From NCBI GenBank assembly GCA_040754335.1, contig JBFMCV010000005.1:263586-327585 (forward strand): 64,000 nucleotides of DNA, read 5' to 3'. The stretch comes from Thermodesulfobacteriota bacterium. Lineage in GTDB: Bacteria; Desulfobacterota_D; UBA1144; Nemesobacterales; UBA2774. Within the stretch, counting starts at the first letter, position 1; every line of letters starts with the position of its first letter. Both the position numbers and the translations under genes were made by a program. The notes beneath the pieces are model-generated. The model saw only the letters and a list, made by a program, of their open reading frames with translations, was not told the DNA's origin and did not search any database. Of this stretch, positions 28,160-38,775 are shown in pieces.

Positions 28160-28252
28160 CTTATTATAAAATTATAACACGTATATATATCTTGTATAGG
28201 TATATACATTTAGCCTAAAGTAAATGAATGTCGGGCTGATTTTTCGTTGAAA

Positions 28253-28816
28253 TCATGTAAATGAGGTGGATTTTATCAAAGCGATTGCATAAGCCGCTAT
28301 GCCCTCTCCCCTGCCTGTAAACCCCATGCGGTCTGTGGTTGTGGCCTTTACCCCGATCCTGTTTCCGGGGAGCCCCATGATTTGAGAGAGCGAGTCTTTA
28401 ATAGCCTGAACATGGGGGGCGATCCTGGGCTTTTCGCATACGATGACGCTGTCTACGTTCTCGACTTCGTATCCTTCGCGGTTCAACATCCGGAGAATCT
28501 CGCTCAGGAACGAGAGGCTCGACACGCCTTTATACCGGGGGTCGCTGTCGGGGAAGAGAGAGCCTATGTCTCCCTCTCCCAGCGCTCCCAGGAGCGCGTC
28601 GCATATAGCGTGAGTCAGCACGTCCGCGTCCGAATGTCCCGACAAGCCGAGGCCGAACGGTATTTCGAGGCCTCCGAGTACGAGCTTCCTGCCTTCCGAG
28701 AATTTATGGGCGTCGAACCCGAATCCTATTTTGTACATATATGCGGCCTGTAACGTGATCAATCGCGAGCGGGCATATTTTTTGGAATGGATGCCGTCGC
28801 TCTTATTATTGCCCAC
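28253..28816 (-). CDS. ispF: 2-C-methyl-D-erythritol 2,4-cyclodiphosphate synthase (IspF)
   Basis: KIGFGFDAHKF ... GHSDADVLTHAICDALLGA ... typical IspF. The true start may be the internal ATG at 28738 (MYKIGFGFD). The long form overlaps ispD by 11 nt. Confidence 0.85.
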   Translation of the reverse strand: MGNNKSDGIHSKKYARSRLITLQAAYMYKIGFGFDAHKFSEGRKLVLGGLEIPFGLGLSGHSDADVLTHAICDALLGALGEGDIGSLFPDSDPRYKGVSSLSFLSEILRMLNREGYEVENVDSVIVCEKPRIAPHVQAIKDSLSQIMGLPGNRIGVKATTTDRMGFTGRGEGIAAYAIALIKSTSFT

Positions 28817-29543
28817 CCTGTCTCATTTTTAATATGAGCTCCCCCAGCATGAGGTCCTCAGGCGTCGTAATCTTGATATTGTAAGGCGAACCCTTCACTA
28901 TCTTTACCTTAACGCCCGTCCTCTCGACGAGCTGGGATTCGTCCGTACCCGTAAACCCTTCATTGTACGCCTTCGAGAAGGCGTATTTCAATATATCGTA
29001 TCTGAATGCCTGAGGTGTCTGCGCAAACCAGAGAGAGTCTCTCGGGACCGTGTCCTCCACGTGCATGTCTATGGACGTTCTCTTGATCGTATCGCTTGAG
29101 GGGAGCGCCGCCAAAGCTCCGCCGGAGATTAAGGCCTCCCTGATCACCTCTTCGAGTAGCTCGATTGTTACGAGCGGACGCGCGCCGTCGTGGACGACCA
29201 CGACGCCGGGGTTTCCCGACAGGGCATTTAAGCCGTTTAAGACCGAGTCCTGTCTTTCGGGGCCGCCGGGTATTACCCGTGTGACTTTCGCTATGGAGAA
29301 CCTGTCCACTATATCGGCTTTGACCGATCCCGCGCAATCGTAAGGGACGACTATTACGATCTCGCTTATAAGGTCCGACTTCGAGAACGTTTCCGCGGAA
29401 TACGCGAGTACGGGCTTCCCAAGGAGAGGCATGAACTGCTTCTGCAAGCCGTCCCCGAACCTTTTTCCCTGACCGGCCGCCGCAATGACAGCCGAGGCGC
29501 GAATTCTATCCACGGTAGTCGGAAACCGCGTGCTTGCTGTCAT
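28806..29543 (-). CDS. ispD: 2-C-methyl-D-erythritol 4-phosphate cytidylyltransferase (IspD)
   Basis: AVIAAAGQGKRFG ... KQFMPLLGKPVL ... VVVHDGARP motifs. Confidence 0.85.
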   Translation of the reverse strand: MTASTRFPTTVDRIRASAVIAAAGQGKRFGDGLQKQFMPLLGKPVLAYSAETFSKSDLISEIVIVVPYDCAGSVKADIVDRFSIAKVTRVIPGGPERQDSVLNGLNALSGNPGVVVVHDGARPLVTIELLEEVIREALISGGALAALPSSDTIKRTSIDMHVEDTVPRDSLWFAQTPQAFRYDILKYAFSKAYNEGFTGTDESQLVERTGVKVKIVKGSPYNIKITTPEDLMLGELILKMRQGGQ

Positions 29544-30525
29544 CTTCCTTGACCCTCGAGAATATCATCCTGCCGGTCGGGGTCTGGAGCACGCTCGTAA
29601 CGGATACCTCTATCTGGTCGCCGAGGTATCTCTTGGCCTCATCGACGACGACCATAGTGCCGTCGTCCAGATACCCTACGCCCTGGTTTTCCTCTTTCCC
29701 TTCCTTTACGACATGGATGCTCATCGTCTCTCCGGGAAGGACGACGGGCTTAAGCGCGTTCGAAAGCTGGTTCAGGTTCATTACCTTGACGTGCTGGAGA
29801 GCGGCTACTTTATTGAGGTTGAAGTCGTTCGTAATGATTATTCCCTTGAGCCTCCGCGCAAGTTCCACGAGCTTGAGGTCGGCCTCTTTTATGTTCGGGA
29901 AATCGTGGTTCGTGATCTTTACGGAAACGTTCGGAATGTCTTTCTGCATTCTCTTGAGGACGTCGAGGCCCCTTCTCCCGCGGACGCGCTTTATGGGCTC
30001 GGACGAATCCGCGATGTGCTGGAGCTCCTTGATAATGAATTTGGGGATTATCATAGGACCGCTTATAAAGCCCGCTTCTGCGACGTCGGCTATCCTGCCG
30101 TCGATGATCACGCTGGTGTCGAGAATCTTCGTTTCTGTCACCATTCTCGTATGGACCCGACCTCTACCGGCAGCCTGCTCGGTTTCCTTCCCCTTCCGGT
30201 ATCCGATCGTTATTCCGACGTAGAATAGAAACAGGAAGAACGCCGCCGAGATCAAAGGAGAAATCGCGCCCGGAAGCGCGAACCCCGAAACGACCTCCTT
30301 TACGGCGAAAAAGGAAAGAGAAGCGGCTGCTATTCCGATAGCCGCTCCGAGAAAAGATTTAGGTGTGTAGCTCCTGATATTTCTTTCGAGATAGAGCGCA
30401 ATGCCTGTGGATACGGCTCCCAGAAGGACGCCGGCCGCGGCTGCAATAACCAGGTCGTAATGCGTATAGGCAATAGAAAAACCTGTCAGAGCACCGAGTA
30501 TAAAAAATAGAACCTTTGTTTTCAT
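29506..30525 (-). CDS. PIN-domain and TRAM-domain membrane protein (YacL-like)
   Basis: N-terminal TM helices. PIN core ILDTSVIIDGRI. C-terminal TRAM-like beta domain. Conserved yacL-ispD-ispF synteny, as in Bacillus. Confidence 0.75.
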   Translation of the reverse strand: MKTKVLFFILGALTGFSIAYTHYDLVIAAAAGVLLGAVSTGIALYLERNIRSYTPKSFLGAAIGIAAASLSFFAVKEVVSGFALPGAISPLISAAFFLFLFYVGITIGYRKGKETEQAAGRGRVHTRMVTETKILDTSVIIDGRIADVAEAGFISGPMIIPKFIIKELQHIADSSEPIKRVRGRRGLDVLKRMQKDIPNVSVKITNHDFPNIKEADLKLVELARRLKGIIITNDFNLNKVAALQHVKVMNLNQLSNALKPVVLPGETMSIHVVKEGKEENQGVGYLDDGTMVVVDEAKRYLGDQIEVSVTSVLQTPTGRMIFSRVKEDDSKHAVSDYRG

Positions 30526-30724
30526 TTCTCCCTCACCACAATCCCTGCCCCTCTTGTATGGATTCGGTTATGACTAAGTATAAGTAATCGCTAAATTTTC
30601 ACAAGTTTACGAAAGAGCGCTTCGATTAAACCATGAAAGTCCGTCTTGAATCCGGGCGCGGCTTCGATTACTGATTCCGGAATCCGCAAGGGGAGCGAGA
30701 TTGTTATTTTTTAGTGTAAAGCTA

Positions 30725-31267
30725 TCAAGACTTGCCGCTGTTCACGGCGTCTATGACTTTCACAATCTCGTCAACAACTCTCACATACTTGCTTCTTCCG
30801 GTTCCGGGGGGCTTTGCCCTGCCGTCTATGCCAACATCGGCTAAGATTTCCCCGGTAGTTTCATCGACCAAAGTTACCCTGACCTGAACGGACATTTTTC
30901 CCTTGTCGTCGTAACCCATGAAAATATACTCACAGTACTTACATCCCCTGGTATATCCGCTTACGATCCCGTCGACAAGCAGTATCTTCTGATCGCCGCT
31001 CGATTCGAAATCGCTCACGCGGCTTATGACCTTAAACTTGTCCTGAGTCCTAAGCTCCTCGGCCACCATATCCGCTATTACGGTGCCTGAGTCATAAGGC
31101 ACCCATTCCAGATCCGTTTTCCTGAAGTCCGGGATCAGAACGACTTCGTAAGCAGAATAGGAGGCTTCGGGCGCTTTAAATACATTTACGTTGGTCGGGC
31201 CTTTGGCACACCCGAATAATAAGAGGAAATTTAGGATTACGCATATATATAAATATCTTGCTACCAT
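30725..31267 (-). CDS. Hypothetical lipoprotein
   Basis: Signal plus lipobox (LLLFGC). ORF only. Confidence 0.45.
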   Translation of the reverse strand: MVARYLYICVILNFLLLFGCAKGPTNVNVFKAPEASYSAYEVVLIPDFRKTDLEWVPYDSGTVIADMVAEELRTQDKFKVISRVSDFESSGDQKILLVDGIVSGYTRGCKYCEYIFMGYDDKGKMSVQVRVTLVDETTGEILADVGIDGRAKPPGTGRSKYVRVVDEIVKVIDAVNSGKS

Positions 31268-31499
31268 TACGTTCCTCCGTTTTTCGTGGGTTATATTGTA
31301 TACGATATTGCAATTTGTTAAAGTACCGTTTTTATTTGGATGACGAGCGTGAAAACCTGGATTCCCGCCGCCGTTCCAATCAAGAAATTAATGGAAGGCC
31401 GGGCATCGCTCAGCGCGCTTATATTTTCTACGCAGAAAACGAGACTATCCCGATGATTCCCTTTCGGGCGGTTCCCGGGGAGGGGAGCCGGGCTCCGCA

Positions 31500-32825
31500 G
31501 TGAGTCGGATGACGTCAATGAGCCTCTATAACTTTATCAGCTTTGCCGGGATATTCATACTCGTCGGGTTCGCGTGGCTTATTTCTTCCGACAGGAGGAA
31601 CGTGAATTACCGGGTGGTGATATGGGGAATCTCGCTCCAGCTGCTGTTCGGTGCGTTTATATTCCTCCTGCCTGCGGGAGCGAGTGTATTCCTCTTCGTT
31701 AACGATATTGTGGTAATGGTCTTGGGCTCTGCCTCTGCGGGCGCGGAGTTCCTTTTCGGGAGGCTCGCTCTCCCACCGGGCGGCACGAACGCCGCGGGGG
31801 AGGGCTCGCTCGGGTTTTTTCTGGCTTTCCAGGCCCTTCCGACAATTATCTTTTTCTCGGCCCTCATGTCCATCCTCTATTACACGGGCGTGATGCCCAG
31901 GGTCGTAAAGGGATTCTCTTCGATGTTCTCGAGGCTGATGAGAGTATCAGGGGCGGAATCCGTGAGCACGGCGTCTAATATCTTTGTCGGGATCGAATCG
32001 CTCCTGACGATAAAGCCTTATCTCGACCGGATGACCCGCTCCGAGCTCTGCACGGTCCTGACGGCGGGCATGGCGACCGTTTCATCGAATGTTCTCGCGC
32101 TCTATATTTTCAGCTTAAGGAGCGAATTCCCTACGATCGCGGCGCACCTCGTTTCGGCGTCCATACTCTCGGCTCCAGCCTCTCTCGTCATGTCCAAGCT
32201 GATAATCCCGGAGGACTCGGTCCCGCTGACCCTGGGGATAAAGGTGGAGCCTTATTTCGAAAGGGAGGCCAGCCTGTTTGAGGCCGTGATCAACGGAGCC
32301 GAGGGCGGGGTGAGGCTTATCGTTGGCATAGTCGCGCTTCTCGTTGCGGTGCTCGGGCTCGTAGCGCTGCTCGACCTCGTTACAGGAGGTCTCGGCTCGT
32401 ATTTGAATAATTTTCTCGGATTAGATATCGACTGGTCCCTGAAAGGACTGCTCGGGTATTTATTCTATCCGTTTACGCTCGTGATAGGGGTACCCCTTTC
32501 AGACGCTTATCAAATATCCAAAATAATCGGCGAGCGCGCCGTGGTCACGGAAGTCGTTTCCTACCAGGACCTCGCGCGCGCGATGAGGGAGGGGACGATA
32601 GCCGACCCACGCTCCCCCGTACTTGCGGCCTATGCCCTGTGCGGCTTCGCTCACGTGGCCTCCATGGCAATATTCGTGGGAGGAGCGGCGGCCCTTGCTC
32701 CGTCGAGGAAAAAGGATATCGCCTCCGTCGGACTGAGGGCGTTAATAGCAGCCACACTCGCCTGCCTGATGACCGCCTGCATCGCCGGCGTTTTCTTTAT
32801 GGGCAAATCCGCCCTTCTCGGTTGA
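31500..32825 (+). CDS. NupC/CNT-family concentrative nucleoside transporter
   Basis: About 440 aa, multi-TM. N-terminal pattern VVIWGISLQLLFGAFIF and GAEFLFG motif typical of CNT transporters. Confidence 0.75.
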   Translation: MSRMTSMSLYNFISFAGIFILVGFAWLISSDRRNVNYRVVIWGISLQLLFGAFIFLLPAGASVFLFVNDIVVMVLGSASAGAEFLFGRLALPPGGTNAAGEGSLGFFLAFQALPTIIFFSALMSILYYTGVMPRVVKGFSSMFSRLMRVSGAESVSTASNIFVGIESLLTIKPYLDRMTRSELCTVLTAGMATVSSNVLALYIFSLRSEFPTIAAHLVSASILSAPASLVMSKLIIPEDSVPLTLGIKVEPYFEREASLFEAVINGAEGGVRLIVGIVALLVAVLGLVALLDLVTGGLGSYLNNFLGLDIDWSLKGLLGYLFYPFTLVIGVPLSDAYQISKIIGERAVVTEVVSYQDLARAMREGTIADPRSPVLAAYALCGFAHVASMAIFVGGAAALAPSRKKDIASVGLRALIAATLACLMTACIAGVFFMGKSALLG

Positions 32826-32915
32826 GACGTAGTTCCATTGTAGAGCCCCCGTTCAGGGTGAGTTCGGCTACCTGAAACATCCGGGCCTATAGACAGGTAT
32901 CGAGGAGGAGTCTGA

Positions 32916-34115
32916 ATGCACAAGGCGGTTTCATATGAGGCGGCCTTCGATGGGCTTGATTACGAATCCGGGGAATTACCGGAGGAGGCGCTTCCCCAGG
33001 AGGGCTTCGAGTTCGATTTTACGGAAGGTGATGATGAACCGGAGAGCGGCCCTGTCGCTGAGGGCCGGGGGCTCGTGTCCGGAGACCTCAACCAGGAGCT
33101 AAGGCTCGTAAATGCATACTTTAAAGAGGTAGGCACGGAAGCACTTCTCACGAGGAGGGAGGAGGTAGAGATTGCCGCCAAGATGAAGGAGTGCGAGGCG
33201 CATTCGCTTCGAATAAAGAAGGCGATAAGCCGGCTACTCGGCAGACGAGCCGCCGGTGAGCTATTCATGGACGAGCTCAAGATGCTTGCAGACGGATGCG
33301 CAGACAAACCGGTGTTGAACAGCGGGGAGAGAGACCGCTTGAGGAGGCTGGTTCATCTCCTCGAAGCATATACGAGAGCCGGAGCCAGGCTAAGGAACCG
33401 GTTTATAAAGGCTAACCTGAGACTGGTCGCCAGTCTGGCGAAGAAATACGTCGGGAGAGGGATCCCGTTCCTCGATTTGATACAGGAGGGAAACCTCGGT
33501 CTCATGAAAGCGGTAGAGAGGTTCGACCACACGAGGGGCTACAGGTTTTCGACCTACGCCTGCTGGTGGATAAACCAGTCGATGCTGAGGGGCATCTTCA
33601 ACCAGACGCGGACGGTAAAGATACCGGCGTACGTTCTCGAGAAGGCCGGGAAGGTATGGGCCGAGCGGGGAAAATTTGTGGAAGAGAAGGGAAGGGAGCC
33701 ATACCCATACGAGATCGCGGATTCAGTCGAGATGAGCGAGGAGAACGTAAAACAGATACTGGAATCGGGAAACGGGGTCAACATGGTAAGGCTCGACTCC
33801 CCGGTATGGGCCGGCGAGAAGGCTACATATATGGATTATATTCCCGATTCTGGCTCAACGCCCGTAGACTCGCTCATTGCCGAGATTTCCATCCCCGAGA
33901 GCGTCGAGCGGGCGTTACGCATGCTCGACGAGAGGGAGAGGGAGATCATAAAAATGAGGTTCGGCATCGGATATCAGGGGACGTTCACACTGAACGAGAT
34001 CGGAACCAGGTTCGGACTAACGAGAGAGAGGATAAGGCAGTTAGAAAAGAAAGCCCTTTCAACCTTAAGGCATTCGGATTGCGCGCAGGCTCTCAAGAGC
34101 CTTATCGAGCATTGA
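32916..34115 (+). CDS. RNA polymerase sigma factor, sigma-70 family (RpoD/RpoS-like, group 1/2)
   Basis: Region 2 (ANLRLVASLAKKYVGRGIPFLDLIQEGNLGLMKAVERFDHTRGYRFSTYACWWI). Region 3. Region 4 HTH (TLNEIGTRFGLTRERIRQLEKKAL). Confidence 0.85.
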   Translation: MHKAVSYEAAFDGLDYESGELPEEALPQEGFEFDFTEGDDEPESGPVAEGRGLVSGDLNQELRLVNAYFKEVGTEALLTRREEVEIAAKMKECEAHSLRIKKAISRLLGRRAAGELFMDELKMLADGCADKPVLNSGERDRLRRLVHLLEAYTRAGARLRNRFIKANLRLVASLAKKYVGRGIPFLDLIQEGNLGLMKAVERFDHTRGYRFSTYACWWINQSMLRGIFNQTRTVKIPAYVLEKAGKVWAERGKFVEEKGREPYPYEIADSVEMSEENVKQILESGNGVNMVRLDSPVWAGEKATYMDYIPDSGSTPVDSLIAEISIPESVERALRMLDEREREIIKMRFGIGYQGTFTLNEIGTRFGLTRERIRQLEKKALSTLRHSDCAQALKSLIEH

Positions 34116-34338
34116 ACATGGGTCGTCGGGCCGTATGTTACATGATTATGCTCTACTTGTTGAGCCCGGCAATTCAAACCTATATATTTTCTGAAAAAAT
34201 AAACGTTGGGATACAGCGAGTTACAACACTTCCAGCCCTATTCCCCTACAAATTTAGCTGTAAATTAAAAAATCTCTTGACAGTGCTGCTGTGAATGGTA
34301 ATATTTTACCGACTAGTCAACTAAAGGTTTTGAATCAA

Positions 34339-34965
34339 ATGGGACGCACGAGCGATACAAAAGAAAATCTCTTAAACAGTGCGATAGAGCTCATAGGGAC
34401 TCGCAGCTACAATGCGGTCGGGGTTCAGGAGCTTTGCGAGCACGCCGGGGTGAAGAAGGGTAGTTTTTATCACTTTTTCCCTTCGAAGCGCGATCTCACT
34501 CTGGCGGCCCTGGACAGGATATGGAAGAAGTTCAAGGATGAGACTCTCGACCCGGTCTTTAACTCCGAGACTACGACACTCGAAAAGTTCCAGACGCTGC
34601 TCGCGAGGTCTTATGAATACCAGTCAAACCAAAAGGACTGCACGGGGTGTATGACCGGATGCGGCTTCGGGAATCTGGCCCTCGAATTGAGCACTCAGGA
34701 CGAGGAGATAAGGAAGAAGATCGAGGAGATATTCTGCGAATGGGTGAGGTATCTGGAAAAGGTAATTGCGCAGGCCGTCGAAGAGGGTGTGCTGCCCTCG
34801 GATACCGACCCCTCCGTCACGTCGCAAGCCGTGGTCGCTTATATCGAGGGTGTTTACCTGCTGGGCAAGACATTTAACGACCCGTGCATGATACAAAGGC
34901 TCGGTGAAGGGGTGCTGAAGTTATGCATACCGAAAAAGAAGACGGGTGCATGTTCTCAAGGGTAA
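34339..34965 (+). CDS. TetR/AcrR-family transcriptional regulator
   Basis: N-terminal HTH (YNAVGVQELCEHAGVKKGSFYHFFPSKRDL). Start placed at the ATG at 34339. Confidence 0.75.
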   Translation: MGRTSDTKENLLNSAIELIGTRSYNAVGVQELCEHAGVKKGSFYHFFPSKRDLTLAALDRIWKKFKDETLDPVFNSETTTLEKFQTLLARSYEYQSNQKDCTGCMTGCGFGNLALELSTQDEEIRKKIEEIFCEWVRYLEKVIAQAVEEGVLPSDTDPSVTSQAVVAYIEGVYLLGKTFNDPCMIQRLGEGVLKLCIPKKKTGACSQG

Positions 34966-35041
34966 AAAGATCGGGGCATATATTTTTTGTTGACGAACAA
35001 ACAGACCGGTCAACTATATTATCGAATCAGGAGGCGTATTT

Positions 35042-35731
35042 ATGAAGTCCGCTAAATCTGCTCATGAAAGGATGATCTCGGTATTGAGTCTCAAGAATAA
35101 AGCCGGCTGGGGTGTCGAGCGCAGCGTAAGCGAGCTTCCCGACGAGGAGCTCGTGAGCCTGTTCGTCGCCGGAAGGGACGAAGAAGCATTCAACGAGCTC
35201 GTGAACAGGTATGGGGACAAGGTTTTCAGGCTCGCCTATAGGATAACGAATAATCAGAACGATGCCGAAGAAATACTTCAGGAGGTTTTTCTCATACTCG
35301 TGGAAAAGCTGGCTACATTCAGGAAAGAATCCAGGTTTTCGACCTGGCTTTACAGGGTAGCCTCGAACGCGAGCTTCATGTATATAAGGAATTCGAGAAG
35401 GAGCAGCGACAGGGTGCTGAGCCTGGACGACTATAAGCCCTATAACGATTACGGTGTGCTCGACGGTGTCGAGGAGAGGGACTGGAGCGGCAGGCCTGAT
35501 TCCGAGCTCCTCGGAAAGGAGGGTAGAAACGTTATAGAAAAAGCCATAGGCGAGCTGCCGGAAGAGTACCGGGTGGTCTTTCACATGAAGGATATTGAAA
35601 AAATGACGAGTAAAGAAATATCAAGCATATTGAAGCTTTCGGTGCCGGCGGTGAAATCGAGGGTGTTAAGAGCGAGGCTCTTCCTGAGGGATAAGCTTTC
35701 GGAATACTATTCGGAGCTAGATAACGGCTAG
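35042..35731 (+). CDS. ECF-type RNA polymerase sigma factor (sigma-24 family)
   Basis: Region 2 (ELVNRYGDKVFRLAYRITNNQNDAEEILQEVF ... WLYRVASN) and region 4 HTH (MTSKEISSILKLSVPAVKSRV). Confidence 0.8.
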   Translation: MKSAKSAHERMISVLSLKNKAGWGVERSVSELPDEELVSLFVAGRDEEAFNELVNRYGDKVFRLAYRITNNQNDAEEILQEVFLILVEKLATFRKESRFSTWLYRVASNASFMYIRNSRRSSDRVLSLDDYKPYNDYGVLDGVEERDWSGRPDSELLGKEGRNVIEKAIGELPEEYRVVFHMKDIEKMTSKEISSILKLSVPAVKSRVLRARLFLRDKLSEYYSELDNG

Positions 35732-35732
35732 G

Positions 35733-36053
35733 TTATTCCCGCACGGCTTCCTTGAGTATGGGTTCGAGCTCGCCCGACTCGTCCATTTCGACGCATATAT
35801 CGCACCCGCCTATGAACTTTCCGCCGACGAACAGCTGGGGGATCGTTGGCCACTGGGAATACTCCTTGATTCCCTGTCTGATCTCGGGGTCCGCAAGCAC
35901 GTCGACGGTCTCATAATCGACGCCGTAGGAGTTCAATATCTGCACGACTTTCGCCGAAAAACCGCACTGAGGCATTTCCCTCGTTCCCTTCATAAATAAA
36001 ATCACTTTGTTGTTCGCGATCTGCGATTCTATTTTCTTTTGCACGTCTTCCAT
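35733..36053 (-). CDS. grxD: Grx4-family monothiol glutaredoxin
   Basis: [17 protein letters not shown] active site. [19 protein letters not shown]. Confidence 0.9.
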   Translation of the reverse strand: MEDVQKKIESQIANNKVILFMKGTREMPQCGFSAKVVQILNSYGVDYETVDVLADPEIRQGIKEYSQWPTIPQLFVGGKFIGGCDICVEMDESGELEPILKEAVRE

Positions 36054-36132
36054 TTTATACCGCCTCCCGATTCTAAACGATCTGCTATAAATTCAAGCGC
36101 CTGACCATACGGCACGATCCGTGTTTCGAGCT

Positions 36133-36369
36133 CTATTTAATCTTTTCCCGCTGTTCGGGGGTGTAGGTCTTGAGCGATAGCGCGTGGATCCTTTCCTTCA
36201 TGGCGTCGCCCAGGACCTTATATACTAGCTGGTGGCGCTCGAGCAGTGTCTTTCCGTTAAATTCGCTTGATACGATTACCGCTTCGAAATGCGTCCCGTC
36301 CCCGTCCACATCGACGGAAGAACCCGGCATTCCGGCCTCAATCATGGCTTTGATTTCCTTCGGATCCAT
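36133..36369 (-). CDS. BolA-family protein
   Basis: HFEAVIVSSEFNGKTLLERHQLVYKVL ... IHALSLKTYTPEQ. Paired with Grx4, as is usual. Confidence 0.85.
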   Translation of the reverse strand: MDPKEIKAMIEAGMPGSSVDVDGDGTHFEAVIVSSEFNGKTLLERHQLVYKVLGDAMKERIHALSLKTYTPEQREKIK

Positions 36370-36749
36370 CGGATTATTATAAATGTTTTTAGTACCCTTT
36401 CAAGAAACCGGTGCTCCGCGGGGCTATTGAAACGGAGGGCTTGGAAACCTATAATTTCAAGCGTGAGCTGGAGAACCGCTGTCGGCATTATTATTCTCAT
36501 AGTCCTTATTTTCGGGGTCTCAAAACTCCTGGGGCGCCTCGGGGAAAAGCACGACCCTTCCGATTCTTATCTGCGCGAGATGGTCCATACGACGAAGAAA
36601 GTCAGGGATCTTAAGGAAGAGAGGTCGAAGCTGATAAAGGAGCAGGAAGAAGACGTTCTCGAACCTGAATAAACGAAACCTCCGTGCCGGTTTCATTCCC
36701 TGCGCCCGTATACAATGACACGAGCAAAGTCTATGAGCGGAATTGAGAG

Positions 36750-37112
36750 ATGAGCAAGTTCGGCGTCAGCCCCGCGAAGGAGAAAGCCCTCATTGAAAGG
36801 ATGGCCGAGCTTGGAATACGCGAAAACGACCTGGAGGAGACGTTTCTCAAATCGGGGGGGCCGGGCGGACAGAACGTCAACAAGGTCTCTACATGTGTCC
36901 GGCTGAAGCATATCCCGACTGGATTAGTGGTAAGGGCGGATAAAGAACGCTCACAGGGGCTCAATCGTTTTCTCGCCCGGAGGGTGCTCGTATCGAAGAT
37001 CGAAGAAACGGTGTCAGGCAGGCCGTCGCCTGGGGCGATCAAGAGGGAGAAACTCCGGAAGCAGAAGAAGAGGAGGGAGAGGAGAGCCAGATCTAAGTCC
37101 CTACCGGAATGA
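36750..37112 (+). CDS. arfB: Alternative ribosome-rescue factor ArfB (peptidyl-tRNA hydrolase, RF-like GGQ domain)
   Basis: GGPGGQNVNKVSTCVRLKHIPTG GGQ motif. Basic C-terminal tail (KLRKQKKRRERRARSK). Confidence 0.8.
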   Translation: MSKFGVSPAKEKALIERMAELGIRENDLEETFLKSGGPGGQNVNKVSTCVRLKHIPTGLVVRADKERSQGLNRFLARRVLVSKIEETVSGRPSPGAIKREKLRKQKKRRERRARSKSLPE

Positions 37113-37161
37113 ACCCCGCCCGAGCCTCTCCGGCACTTGATACGCGCGAGAACTGACCCCT

Positions 37162-38775
37162 CTATTCCCTCACCCTGTACAGCTTGTATCCGCCGATCTC
37201 TTTCTCGAGATAATAATTATCGCTGATGAACTCGTCGATATAGTCGATGCGGGTTATCTGCCCTTCGTGTTTACCTTCATAGACAACGAAATATTCGGGC
37301 TTGTTGGCGTTTAACGCCGGCGGCACCGTTTCCTTAAGATTTAATATCTCGAAGAGGACTTCGTGGTGATTGGGCCACCAGAAGTCTTTTATAGGCGCCC
37401 TTCTGTCTGAAAGGAATTGTACTATAGGCTGCCCGCCGATAACGAGAATGGTGTCATCCTCCGAAGTATTGCTTCTTATATAATCGGCGACCGCGTAGCT
37501 TGTGTCCGCTTCGAACCACACCTTGTCTTCGTTCTTCACGTACCGGATCGTCTCCGTTACGGGGTAGTGGACCAGGAACACCGCCGCGAGTATGACGATC
37601 AGCGCCTGGACGTATTTTCCACCGAGCCCGAGCTTCGAGACGCCGAGAGCGGTCAATAGAGAGAAAGACAGGCTCATTTGAAGGTAATAGTGCGGAAACA
37701 TACGCCTTCCCCAGAGCACTCCGACGAGCGAGAGAACCGTTAGAGCTGCGATGAACAGGAGAGACCTTTTTCCCTCGTCGCCGAACTTCCGCCTAAAAAG
37801 CTGAATCAGGATGACTAACGACGAAACGGTGGCCAGGAGCGTCGTGAAGTCTCGGCTCCATACGACAGCACCGTAAATAAAATAGTACAGGTTATCTACC
37901 GCTTCCCTGAACGAAACAGCCCCTACGTATCTGCCGTTGATAACGAAATACGTATAATAGAAATCGTATACGGCTCCGTGAATCGAAAAATATATGGTGA
38001 GGACCGATACTATCGACAGGACGCCCAGGGAGTACGAGGCCGATTCCTTTATGAACGATTTTATATCGAACCTTCGGTGTTTAACGTTCCTGTAAATTAT
38101 AAACAGAGGCACTACGAAGGCTGAGAACACCGCTGTGCCCTTCGTAAAGAAAGCAGCCGCCGTAAAAAATCCGCTCAGGAATAAAAGCGTCAATCCCCCT
38201 TTTTTCTCATAATCCAGAAAACAGAGAAGAGCCAGAATTACTGGAAGCATCATGAAGAGCTCGCCGTTTGAGGCCAGCCCTCCCATACCCGGCGTCGTAA
38301 AACTCAGGCCGTAGATTAAAGGCGGGATAAGGGATGTAAAGCCCTGAAAGAACCTCCGGGCCAACAAATAGACGAAGAACATGGATAGAAGAAGATAGAG
38401 CGTGGTATAGATGCGAAGCGCGGCGATGCTTTCGTCGAAGAGGAGGATCACGGGGACGAACGCGAAGAATAGAAAAGGGCCTTTTGTGTCCCAGGAGGTC
38501 TTATAAGGCACTCCCCCGTTAGCTACGTCCTGGGCGATAGTAAAGTAAACGGACTCGTCCCAGTCTATCACCGAGACGTCCGCGACCGGCAGCCTAAGTG
38601 CGAAAATCAGAAGCATTATCAGGAATAGCCAGACGGACTGGCTGTTTAACAAGCCTTTAAGTGTCATCTTCTCATCCGTTCCCACGTGGGGACATATTAT
38701 AATATTCGATTCATTTTGTGAAGCTGCACGTTCATCCCGGAGGCGGGATTTGACTGATCGACGAGAGCGAAGCAA
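37162..38775 (-). CDS. GT-C fold integral-membrane glycosyltransferase (GT39/GT83, ArnT/PMT-like)
   Basis: About 12 TM helices. First-loop motif VIDWDESVYF resembling the DE motif of PMT/ArnT. 537 aa. Confidence 0.65.
   Translation of the reverse strand: MLRSRRSVKSRLRDERAASQNESNIIICPHVGTDEKMTLKGLLNSQSVWLFLIMLLIFALRLPVADVSVIDWDESVYFTIAQDVANGGVPYKTSWDTKGPFLFFAFVPVILLFDESIAALRIYTTLYLLLSMFFVYLLARRFFQGFTSLIPPLIYGLSFTTPGMGGLASNGELFMMLPVILALLCFLDYEKKGGLTLLFLSGFFTAAAFFTKGTAVFSAFVVPLFIIYRNVKHRRFDIKSFIKESASYSLGVLSIVSVLTIYFSIHGAVYDFYYTYFVINGRYVGAVSFREAVDNLYYFIYGAVVWSRDFTTLLATVSSLVILIQLFRRKFGDEGKRSLLFIAALTVLSLVGVLWGRRMFPHYYLQMSLSFSLLTALGVSKLGLGGKYVQALIVILAAVFLVHYPVTETIRYVKNEDKVWFEADTSYAVADYIRSNTSEDDTILVIGGQPIVQFLSDRRAPIKDFWWPNHHEVLFEILNLKETVPPALNANKPEYFVVYEGKHEGQITRIDYIDEFISDNYYLEKEIGGYKLYRVRE

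Noticed and set aside
36289-36672. 127 aa ORF between bolA and arfB, possibly a small TM protein starting at an internal GTG
   Set aside because: Only a single hydrophobic stretch and no RBS I trust. It could be real, but the support is too thin to list as a gene.
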